This document shows, in pieces, positions 54,888-64,000 of a stretch of 64,000 nucleotides of DNA. Source of the stretch: a virus (lineage: Duplodnaviria > Caudoviricetes); the IMG/VR virus record IMGVR_UViG_3300027759_003166; one strand, written 5' to 3'. Below the pieces are notes generated by a model that saw only the letters and a program-made list of their open reading frames with translations, was not told where the DNA came from and searched no databases. A program made the translations under genes and the position numbers. Numbering within the stretch: position 1 is the stretch's first letter; every line of letters starts with the position of its first letter.

Positions 54888-55353
54888 TATCTTCGCGATG
54901 TCCTTGTCTACCTGCCATATTAGAGTCAGTTTCGCGAACTTCTACTTTACAGCACCAAACTCTTGCAGCTTCTTCGCTGCCACAATTTGGTAAGAAGATT
55001 GTGTTTACATATTCATACAAGAAATCAGCAAGACCTTCGCAGCCTGTTTTTTCTACTTCTGTAATCTTAGCAAGTTTTAGTCTACCAAGCTCTAATAAGT
55101 GTTCACGCATTGGATCATCCTGTGCCACAAGCAATGTGTGATCAAACCAATCTTCTAAACAAGCCTTGAGTGGTTTTAATCCACCAAAGTCTGTACACCA
55201 ATTACGTGCGTCCAATGTATCGCATTCAAATTCAAAGTGGAAACTCATTGCGTATCCATGAATTAGATTACAATGACTTTGGGCACGCCATTGACGATAA
55301 GCTACAGGACCAATTTGTCTGTATGTTTTTGTACTAAAATATTTCTTTGCCAT
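54874..55353 (-). CDS. queD: 6-carboxy-5,6,7,8-tetrahydropterin synthase
   Basis: HCNLIHGY, DFGGLK, FDHT, GCEGLA. Confidence 0.8.
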   Translation of the reverse strand: MAKKYFSTKTYRQIGPVAYRQWRAQSHCNLIHGYAMSFHFEFECDTLDARNWCTDFGGLKPLKACLEDWFDHTLLVAQDDPMREHLLELGRLKLAKITEVEKTGCEGLADFLYEYVNTIFLPNCGSEEAARVWCCKVEVRETDSNMAGRQGHREDNEFQ

Positions 55354-55421
55354 TATTTTCTCCTATGTTATAGCATAGGCGGCAGAGTTTGTATACCGGG
55401 ATGAACGCCGAAGGCCGGTGT
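55354..55421 (-). promoter_or_regulatory. structured GC-rich 5' leader of queD (candidate riboswitch/operator)
   Basis: ACCGG/CCGGU stem, possible pseudoknot, CCUAUG/CAUAGG hairpin overlapping AGGAG SD; TAAATA at 55427-55432. Confidence 0.45.
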
Positions 55422-55434
55422 AATAATATTTAGT

Positions 55435-56019
55435 TTAACGCTTTTCAACGATCTTGTCAACCAGGCCATATGCCAATGCTTCTTCAGCACTCATAAATGT
55501 ATCACGATCCATATCTCGTTCAAAGTCAGCATAAGTTTTTCCTGCTGTATTGTGTTCGACATATAACTTGGTTAACATAGTTTTCATCTGTGTAATTTCT
55601 TTGTATTGTATCTCAATATCACTTTGCATACCACGAGCACCACCACTTGGTTGATGTATCATATGACGACTATGTGGCAACATATAACGCTTGCCAGGAT
55701 GACCCGCCTGTGCCAAGAAACTGCCCATACTACAGGCTTGACCCATAACATAAGTACAGACATCTGGTTTAACAAATTGCATAACATCATAAATGGCCAT
55801 ACCACTTGTAATTACACCACCGGGACTATTAATGTAAAAGTGAATATCTTTCTCAGAATCGGCACTCTCCAAATGTAGCATCTGTGCCACTACAAGATTG
55901 CTGCTATGATCATCAACTGGTCCATTTAGGAACACGATGCGCTCATTGAGCAAACGACTAAAGATGTCAAAAGCACGTTCGCCTTGACCAGTCTTTTCAA
56001 CCACCATTGGTACTAACAT
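55435..56019 (-). CDS. clpP: ATP-dependent Clp protease proteolytic subunit
   Basis: [41 protein letters not shown]. Confidence 0.95.
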   Translation of the reverse strand: MLVPMVVEKTGQGERAFDIFSRLLNERIVFLNGPVDDHSSNLVVAQMLHLESADSEKDIHFYINSPGGVITSGMAIYDVMQFVKPDVCTYVMGQACSMGSFLAQAGHPGKRYMLPHSRHMIHQPSGGARGMQSDIEIQYKEITQMKTMLTKLYVEHNTAGKTYADFERDMDRDTFMSAEEALAYGLVDKIVEKR

Positions 56020-56028
56020 AATATTTCC

Positions 56029-56484
56029 TTATTTTACTTCTTTATAGGTCTGTGGAAAGATTTCTTTCTTTACAGCACCGTAATCGCCTGTACCGTGACG
56101 TACAATATAATCATTACCTGTTGTATAGGTAAGGTCGCCCCAACTTGTGTGTAGCACGCCATCGTGATCCGCAAGTTTTACCTGTTTAGGAATAGACTTG
56201 GGACTAGCAGTGCTATCACCGTTGTCTGTTTTCAACTCATGGAAGGTTTTAGGATCATTGAGATATTCTTCACCTTCTGGACCAGTAATAACATAGTCAC
56301 CGACCCTTCCTTGTAAAGCCTTATTTTCTAGTGATTTAATAATTTCAGGCTCGGTTAAAATCCTAAATGGTTCAATCTTGTTTGCAATCTTAGCGGCAAC
56401 AAATGATCCTGTTTTAAACCATTCATCATTAACGCCGGTGCTTTCTACTAAGTTGATAATTTTTCTAATATCTTCGTTGCTCAT
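56029..56484 (-). CDS. PGDYG-like repeat protein
   Basis: two G.YV/I...G..G..Y-type repeats; N-terminus MSNEDIRKIINLVE. Confidence 0.5.
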   Translation of the reverse strand: MSNEDIRKIINLVESTGVNDEWFKTGSFVAAKIANKIEPFRILTEPEIIKSLENKALQGRVGDYVITGPEGEEYLNDPKTFHELKTDNGDSTASPKSIPKQVKLADHDGVLHTSWGDLTYTTGNDYIVRHGTGDYGAVKKEIFPQTYKEVK

Positions 56485-58446
56485 TATTGATAATCCTTAT
56501 CTAATTTTACATTGGTCAATCCTGCTACCACTTGGAATTTATCCCAAGCAATCTTTGCCGCTGGATTACGTTCTAACTCACTACTTGGCAAACAAGTCTC
56601 TAACCAAAACTCATCTCGACGTTGTGGATGTGCTCCAAATTTACGAGGTTGATGTAGTTTACCTTGATCCCAAAGATCACAACTTACACTGCGGAATTTA
56701 GCCTCATCTTCTTTACTGTTAAAACTATAATGTCCCCATTCTGGAGTACTCATTCCACCATAACAATAACCTTCCCAAATGCCTTTCCACTGCTCGTCAT
56801 CATTGGGATCAAATTTAGTACGGGCAATAATTACTAATACATCGTTGATATCTACTCGTTCTTCAACAATGTCAAGAACACATCTACTATAACTAAGTCC
56901 GATTTTCATTTTGTTCTTTCTTTTCTATGTCGTATTGTTTAACCATACGATAAAGTGGTTCCATCTTTTCTTGAAATACGTGTGGTGCTAATTCCGCCGC
57001 CGCATTCATATCCCATACACTAGGATAGTGTCGCAACATACTACGGGCGGTATCTCTTATAAGTTTTGGAATCCGAGGAGTGTGCGATGGATTACAGAGA
57101 TCAATTAAGAATCTCCGTGTCTCCACTATAGCACGATAGCGTTCATCAGGCAATGTCATTTGTGGCTTTCCAAAGTTCTGCACGAGCCTTGGAACCTTCT
57201 GGATCACGAGTATATTCGTTGATCATTTCACGCAATGCGTTATTGATATATTCGTTAAGAGTAATATCTTGACGATGTGCGTTTAATGCTGCTTCTAACA
57301 ATAACCCATCTGGCAAATCAATTGGAACACTTATATCAGTGCTGTAATCTTCACCTGCCTTAATAGACAACGCCTTTTGAATAAAGTCCTCATCAACTTC
57401 GAGATCAATAAACTCAACATCATCCCAGGCCATATTATCTACCCCGCGCTTCTCAGCTTCCTTTTCGTGTTTTTTAACATACTCGGGATTGATTATACGA
57501 TAAGCACGATCGTTAGTAAAGTCGCAAACTTCTACACTATAGACCTTATGGCTCTTGGTGCTGAATACAATATTAAAACTATATCCACCTTTGCCATGGA
57601 TGCCATTCCAACTAGACAGTTGATAACTATTTGAGCCAAAGCAACTCCAACCATAGTTATCACCTTCGGTAATTTTATAATCTACCAATTCCATCCATTC
57701 TTTCATATCAATCATGATTTGTTTCCTTAGTTAGTTCGCATAATAAAATAAAGTGATCGTAGGCTTTCTTCACTGCTGCATTAGAGTATAACACATCTGC
57801 TTCCTTTTGTAAAGCCTTTATAGCTGCTTCGGCTAAATCTCTTGCACTTCCGTGACTTAGTGGGCATAGTTCATCGCCAAACTCTTTAGCTAATTTTTCC
57901 CAAGCCTTTTTTTGCCCAGGAGTAATAGGAGTACTCACCGGTTTCAGTTCAGCCTGCTTGCGGATTTGTTCACAAACAGCATCTTCCGCCACACGTCCGG
58001 CAGCAATCAAAGCCGCATAGTTTGGGTCAATGTTAAAATAGCGAGACATGCCTCCGGGATAAACCATAACCAAATGATTACCTTTTGGAAAACTATCTAA
58101 TAGTTCGTTGTCGTATTCGGCTACTGGAACGTATTTACGTCCTACCTTTTCATAAAATATCTTCTTGGTCATTGTTCAATCCATTGCTACGTTTATCTGT
58201 TCTTGTATCTAAGTTTTGGTCAAAGCGTCGTTCAGTGATTGTCTTTTCCTTAAACACCTTCTCTCTGGAACAAAGTAGGCACTTTGGATTACCGCAATCT
58301 AATGCGTGATGTTTGGCCAATCGATGTGGTTCTTTAATATACTTTTCGTTGCCTGATTCTTTGGCAAGTTTTAATTGCTTGTTAATGGCATTCTCGTCTT
58401 TGAGCAGACGGCGGCTATGTTTGAATTTATCTTCTTCTGTGCTCAT
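56484..58446 (-). other. run of coupled hypothetical CDSs (56484-56909, 56893-57159, 57146-57715, 57708-58172, 58150-58446)
   Basis: overlapping start/stop ORFs; no recognisable family. Confidence 0.65.
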
Positions 58447-59698
58447 TCTTCTTCATCCTCTTCTTCGTAATCTTCTTTATTATCTACTAGATATCCAGGG
58501 CAATTAACATAGTCAGAATATTCACAATAAAAATATCCAAATAAAAGATGAGCACCAAAATATATAAGAGCCAATGCTCCAACTACTTGTAGAATGCTAA
58601 ATCTATTATAGAATCTGTTCATTCTTCAATGCCATATTCTTTATAAAGTTCATCCAATGCGTTACGAACCTGTTCGGCTACGGGACGATACTTCACAGGG
58701 TGGATAGGATGATAGTTCCATTCTGTGCCCTTCCATACTCGACTACCATTCAATAGTCGATCAACCTCTGATAGGATTTGAAAGCGTGGATCAGCCCACA
58801 TATTGATTTGATTATCAGGAACGATTGGGGTGTTCATTGTTCAACTCCTGTTGCTGGACAGAATGGGGTATGCCCATCCTTGTTGGGATTTCTTTGACAA
58901 TGCTTGCACCAGTTATAATCTTTAAGTTGGTTCATTAGTCATCTCCAATCACTTCAGTTGGATAATAGGATACATCACTGCTGGCTCCATCTCGCCGAAC
59001 CCATAATTTACCAGTGGGTTCGATATAATTAACTGTGCCCCTAGCACCAACATTGAATTTAGAGACAACTTTGATCCGGCTACCAACTTTGATTGATTTA
59101 TCTTCAACTCCGAAATGTTGTTTAATCAAATCATTGGCCTTGTACGGTTCTGCTTTGTCAGCAATGTCAGAACATTCTCTAATAATCAACTCGGCGAACT
59201 TTTTACAAAATTCATCAGAAATGTTCCAGGGACCAGAGGAAATGTCCTCAACAGCCTTGTCAGCAAGTTCTATAATTCGTTCGTTCATTCTTCAACTCCG
59301 AAATGTGCCATAATCTGATTACGAACCTCATACTCGCCACCCTCATACAGATGACCAATGTCAGCGCATTCCCGCACAATCAACTCGGCGAACTTTTCAA
59401 TGGCTTCTTGTTCATAAGTGCCTAACTCATCCCAGCAACCTGATGCTGTCAGTCCTGCTTGATATAATAGGTCTTCATATTTTTGGTTCATTCTTCAACT
59501 CCTATCAACATCTGTGTTATGCTCATAACAATCTAAACATACTGCGTCATAGCGTGGGCCCATACAATGATAGATAGAACCACGACAATACGTACAAAGT
59601 ATAAACGCTTGTGTGACTATACTACCTTTTGGTGGAGCATACAAGGGTAGAAACCCTGCGAAACTTTCAGTATATCCAATTAGTTCTTGGTCGTCCAT
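58443..59698 (-). other. array of small genes sharing GGAGTTGAAGAATGAAC junctions (58443-58622, 58619-58837, 58834-58935, 58935-59288, 59285-59491, 59495-59698)
   Basis: junction copies at 58617, 58832, 59283, 59486; two short ORFs read manually. Confidence 0.7.
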
Positions 59699-60054
59699 TA
59701 GTTATCCTTGATATCTTTGTCAAGATGACTATTTTTAATAGTCCTCATTAACTGACGATTGCGTTCATCTTGTTCTTTACGCTTACGCTTGTCATCCATC
59801 TTCCGATCAATGGTCATACGATCATATTCTCGTGCCCACAATACACCTTGCATAAACCTGTCGGCATGTTCTAATGAGCCAGCAAACAATTCAGCATCAC
59901 GGCTGTAGATAGGCAATGCGTCTCGATCTTTTGGAACCAACGCTACATTCTCGCCATACATATCATCATGCTTGTAAGCAGTAAATTTCATTCCAAGCAG
60001 ATCTGCACGTTCCTCTAATTTGCGAATTTGTCTAATATGATTCCAACCTGACAT
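59698..60054 (-). CDS. hypothetical protein (118 aa)
   Basis: ORF in operon. Confidence 0.65.
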   Translation of the reverse strand: MSGWNHIRQIRKLEERADLLGMKFTAYKHDDMYGENVALVPKDRDALPIYSRDAELFAGSLEHADRFMQGVLWAREYDRMTIDRKMDDKRKRKEQDERNRQLMRTIKNSHLDKDIKDN

Positions 60055-60063
60055 GATAACTCC

Positions 60064-61266
60064 TTACTTAAACACTTTTAAAATCATAATGTCTGCATTC
60101 ATTCTACCATTCAACATGGTATCAGTGGCCTTAATGGCACTCAACCAAGTCTCAACACGACGTTGCGTATTCTGCAATTTAAAGTCTTTCAACTGCTCTG
60201 CGGGCTTACGCAAAGTCTTTTGTATTGATTTGTCAGTAAAGTCAATGATACTTGTACCTTTAACATTAAGCCCTGCACTGGTTTTAGAAATATACATACC
60301 AATCTTGCGTGTCTTAGAGTTATATACAATAGCTGCCTGAGCACCAATCAAGCCTGCCGCTGGCACTGACGTCACACCCAACTTGTCATCGGTCATTTTA
60401 AACTTAATTTTCTTAACCAATTCTTCTGCGGGTTTAACTTTCTTAGCACGTGGCTTCTTCATTACTTTGGCTTCTGCGGCAATCTGCTCACAGGCCTGTG
60501 CAATGCTTTCGTAAAATTCAATCAACTTCTTAACATTCTTACGGCTTGCAAATTTGTAGCTTTCTTTCAATTGCTCATCTGCATTACCACTGGCAAGTTC
60601 TTGCAATTCTGCTAAACCACGAGCAAAGAATCCTTTGATATAGCGAGACTGTGCTGCTTTAGCACCCTTGCCACGCAAAAGGCTAACCATCTTAAACGCT
60701 TTAGGGTCAAATGCCTCTGGATCAACAATCCAAGAGTCAATAGCAGCATCAATCTCGTCACTCATACTAACTGCTTGCTCACGGATACGATCTTGAATAT
60801 TCATAACAGGTGCAGCAGACTTAGATGCCTTAATTACCTCAACTTCCTCAATATCCCACTTGCCTGCTTCCACTGTTTCGGCAATTTGCAATTTAAGCCA
60901 GTCTGCAGAACTTGCATTATTGTTCCAACCTTGTTTAGTTGCTGGCATACCTTTGAGCAAACAGGCAGCAATAGAACCCATGGTCAAATTACAACGCCAA
61001 TCTTTGGTTTTCTTAAATGCTTGGATTTGATCACGAGTGTAATCATTACGACCCATCCAATCAATAACTTTGGGTTTAAGTTCTTTGCTGGAACTTTCCA
61101 AACGGTAGTACTTCATTGCTTCGCGGAACATAGAAGTAAATTCTGTAGCAGACCAATCGTCAGCGCCGTCCCATTTTGGGCTCAGATCACGTTTAGCATT
61201 TTCGCGAATGCTTTGGCCCGTAATGCGGGTTTTCTTTACTGCTACTTTTTTTGTTGCTGTTGCCAT
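60064..61266 (-). CDS. hypothetical early protein (400 aa, basic)
   Basis: GGAG RBS, consensus sigma70 promoter upstream. Confidence 0.8.
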   Translation of the reverse strand: MATATKKVAVKKTRITGQSIRENAKRDLSPKWDGADDWSATEFTSMFREAMKYYRLESSSKELKPKVIDWMGRNDYTRDQIQAFKKTKDWRCNLTMGSIAACLLKGMPATKQGWNNNASSADWLKLQIAETVEAGKWDIEEVEVIKASKSAAPVMNIQDRIREQAVSMSDEIDAAIDSWIVDPEAFDPKAFKMVSLLRGKGAKAAQSRYIKGFFARGLAELQELASGNADEQLKESYKFASRKNVKKLIEFYESIAQACEQIAAEAKVMKKPRAKKVKPAEELVKKIKFKMTDDKLGVTSVPAAGLIGAQAAIVYNSKTRKIGMYISKTSAGLNVKGTSIIDFTDKSIQKTLRKPAEQLKDFKLQNTQRRVETWLSAIKATDTMLNGRMNADIMILKVFK

Positions 61267-61299
61267 AAATTGCTCCTGGTGTGCTGTTTATATGTATTA

Positions 61300-61328
61300 A
61301 TTATACAGGAATTATGGCTCAATGTCAA
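61300..61328 (-). promoter_or_regulatory. consensus sigma70 promoter TTGACA-N17-TATAAT
   Basis: hexamers at 61323-61328 and 61300-61305. Confidence 0.85.
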
Positions 61329-61345
61329 GTGTTGGTTTTACCAAA

Positions 61346-63137
61346 CTAAAATTTATTATGATCTCCGTCCCGAAATATCCAACCTAACTTCTTTAGGTCT
61401 TCCATAATTTCGTCAGTGATCATACCTTCTGGAACAGATGCTAGACTTTCTTTATAAGAGGTCTGTTGCTCAAGTGTCATTTGTTCCCATACTACGTCCT
61501 CGAAAGGATCCCTACTTTGAATACCACTACAGTACCAATCAATATAGTCACCTTCACCACGCATATGTGCCACAATGCCACCAGCATAACGCCAACTGGC
61601 ACCCCAGCGTTCGTCTTTGAGAATTGGAAATACTTCAAGTCGCTGGAAATCGTTATTACACATGGCAGCATAAAGATGTTGAGCATATATACGACTTTCA
61701 CGTACTTTGGCAACCATCCACTCGGAACTACGCATATCAAATTCCATATTGTTCTTTTGCCATTCTGTATCAGTTACGTTTTTTTCATCTTGTTCAATAG
61801 CATCTTCATGCATTTTAATCAATTCTTGAACATGTGGATCTTCTAGACTTTTTCCATTCTCAAGAGCAAGTTCAATATAAGCATCTTTTTGGAAACCATA
61901 TCGATTAGGGCTGCTGGATATTTTGGACATTTGGAGTTGCTGGTCTACGGGCGCAGTATTCGCAGTTAAGGTCAGAGCACATTTCTTCTAACCACTTATT
62001 ACATTTATCGCAGTAATAAGCATCGTAGCCGTTTGAATACGATTTCTTATTACCGCAATTGCATAAATCACTTAGTGTATTGATTAAGTCCATAGACTAT
62101 CACGAGCCTTAATCAAGCGAATCATCATAGCCTCATCTTCTTTATCGTAGGCCTGTTCAATCTTGGTAGTAAGTTTAAGAGCCTTCTTGCCTAGTTTTTC
62201 AGTTTCAGGATTCTTTGATTGTATGCCGATCCAACGATGTTCATCACCCGATTCCTTACGTAGAAGATCGCAGTACTCACTCCAACCACTGGCATCATGT
62301 GGATCTGGACGAGCGGGATACACAGTGGTCCACCACATGTAAAGTTCTTTGATTTCCTTGGCACGAACAGCCTGACCTGTTGGACGACCGTAGTTTTCGT
62401 CACCTTCTTCTACACCCATATCGTTACCAAGTGTAAGTGTCATTGCCCAGTCAAGATGGTCAAGTCCGGCCTGTGGGCAACGCCATGTGCGCCAACGCCA
62501 CCAACCTGTGGCCCAGAATGGAGGATTGTATTTGGCACGGGCTTCTTTATCGCCCCAGGCAATGTGATGCCATGCTTGTTCTACTTCAACAAAATCAACC
62601 AACTCATTGAATAGACAAGGCAAAAAGCGGTTCCCCACATCGCACCATTCACCCGGTTTAATATTCCGGGGATGAGCGGTAAGACCATGAGTGCGACTAA
62701 CCCAACGGTTGTTAATGTAGTACTTGATATCATAAATTTTCCTTACAGGCCAGGTTACAAAATCTTGGAGAAGGCCGAGTCCTTCTTCAGCAATCCACCA
62801 ACGGATGGGATAGTCGCGTTTGGCACGAGTTTCCCACTCATGCCATTCTTCGCTGGTACCAGATTTTAGTTTGGTAGTACCGCGAAGCCAGTCTGCAAAA
62901 GGAGTGCATGACCAATAATGTGTATGTTGTGCCATATCATTTCTTTCTTTGTTTAACGCTTAGTATAGCAGCATTTACTTCGTGTGTCAATGCTTTGTCG
63001 TCCCATTTTAGTTCAGTTCGACCATCTTCAAAATAGGTAACCGTTAAGTGACTACCTTGTACAACTCTTGGCCAAACTTCAGCCATTTCTGCTATATCGG
63101 CAGATTCAATTACTTTAGATTTCTTTTTAGTTGCCAT
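61346..63137 (-). other. run of hypothetical CDSs (61346-61930, 61905-62093 Cys-rich, 62084-62935 Trp-rich, 62937-63137)
   Basis: coupled ORFs; no recognisable family. Confidence 0.65.
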
Positions 63138-63496
63138 TATTCTTTCCTCTTCAAAAATGGAGACAAGTTTGGAGGAGTCCATCCAATGGGTTTAAGAACT
63201 TTTCCATCTTCACGTTTACGGACCTTACCTGTCTCTCGATCTATTTTGGCAAAGTTAGTTGCCATAACTTCTTTCCAAGCACCTTCACCATCTGCACCCA
63301 TGCTATGGATAGCACCAATGGTGACCACAAGAATATCAATAAGTGCATCTAATGTTTCTACATCGTCTTCTGCTTCTTGTAGTTCGTTAAATTCTTCTTC
63401 GATAAGACTAATGTACATATCGTATTGTTTTTGATCACCTGTAACACTTTGATCACAGGCCCGCATAAACGTTTCTTGATCTCTAAAAGGATTCAT
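63137..63496 (-). CDS. all-alpha NTP pyrophosphohydrolase (MazG/PRA-PH-like)
   Basis: LIEEEFNEL, DALIDILVV, EVMATNFAK, REDGKVLKP. Confidence 0.8.
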   Translation of the reverse strand: MNPFRDQETFMRACDQSVTGDQKQYDMYISLIEEEFNELQEAEDDVETLDALIDILVVTIGAIHSMGADGEGAWKEVMATNFAKIDRETGKVRKREDGKVLKPIGWTPPNLSPFLKRKE

Positions 63497-63684
63497 TATA
63501 CTGCTACCTTTAATTGGTTCTCATTATAAATGTGTAAAGCCCCTGCTACTTCTGGAGTAGTACATTCTACAACAACTCTACGTTCGCCGGCTAGTGTATC
63601 AAATACTGATACAACAATGCCAGGCCATTTATAGCCACTAACTTTTTCTACTTTATCACCTACTGCTAGTAATGCCATTTTCAT
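63496..63684 (-). CDS. small SH3-like hypothetical protein
   Basis: VGDKVEKVSGYKWPG.VV...RVVVE. Confidence 0.55.
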   Translation of the reverse strand: MKMALLAVGDKVEKVSGYKWPGIVVSVFDTLAGERRVVVECTTPEVAGALHIYNENQLKVAV

Positions 63685-63979
63685 TTCCCCATCTTAAATA
63701 ATATTCACTTAACTTTTTCATTTCTAACTCTGCTTCTATAGCATATAGATATCCGTATGTTGATTGATCTAATTGTCTATGCCATATGGGTTTATCTATA
63801 GCGTGTTCCATAACAAACTTACCCGGATCACTTTCTTGCCACTTATATAATGGTTCAGCAGCGTATAGATCAGGGTCTTCAACATCTCCCAATCGAAAAC
63901 GATGAACAATCACCTTGTGAATCTCTTTGACCACAAGTTGGTCACCTTCATAGGATTGTTCCCACCTCACCTTGCCCAT
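63656..63979 (-). CDS. hypothetical protein (107 aa)
   Basis: ORF at window end. Confidence 0.6.
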   Translation of the reverse strand: MGKVRWEQSYEGDQLVVKEIHKVIVHRFRLGDVEDPDLYAAEPLYKWQESDPGKFVMEHAIDKPIWHRQLDQSTYGYLYAIEAELEMKKLSEYYLRWGNENGITSSR

Positions 63980-64000
63980 TTTAATATAAACAATGTTTTA

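Noticed and set aside
57983-57994. 12-bp match CTTCCGCCACAC to the QGVAEG repeat
   Set aside because: Encodes RVAED inside an ordinary gene with no module boundary; likely chance
60775-61407. 210-aa + strand ORF (and many other 60-140 aa antisense ORFs)
   Set aside because: Antisense to well-supported minus-strand genes with promoter and RBS; no protein-like motifs
1-64000. Stop-codon reassignment as seen in some jumbo phages
   Set aside because: Long genes are intact in code 11, and TAA, TGA and TAG (e.g. 39244, 39941) all end genes at coupled junctions
1-64000. tRNA genes, integrase, transposase, reverse transcriptase/DGR
   Set aside because: None recognised by eye; tRNAscan and HMM searches would be needed to exclude divergent cases

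Overview
This is 64 kb of a large, AT-rich, T4-like (jumbo-type) dsDNA tailed phage genome. It uses the standard genetic code and almost all genes are on the minus strand. Replication and repair genes include a family-B DNA polymerase, sliding clamp, clamp loader, RNase H/5'-3' exonuclease and UvsE. There is a 7-deazaguanine DNA-modification operon (QueE, TGT/DpdA-like transglycosylase, divergent T-fold protein, plus a distant canonical QueD) with a glycosyltransferase and a UDP-sugar epimerase embedded in it. An 8-kb array encodes proteins with T4-internal-protein-like N-termini (M-[RKN]-x-x-E-[FL]) built from modules joined by a DNA-conserved 'QGVAEG' linker. Other content: two collagen-like fibres, a proteostasis set (ClpA, ClpP, DnaJ, GroES, peptide deformylase), a lysis cassette, a stand-alone DnaE fragment, an AT-rich glycosylation island and an array of small genes sharing a junction sequence. 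Several near-perfect sigma70 promoters, TAAATA late-promoter-like motifs and structured leaders (upstream of polB and queD) are visible. No tRNA, CRISPR array, integrase or transposase was recognised. All family assignments come from motif recognition by eye, not database searches.
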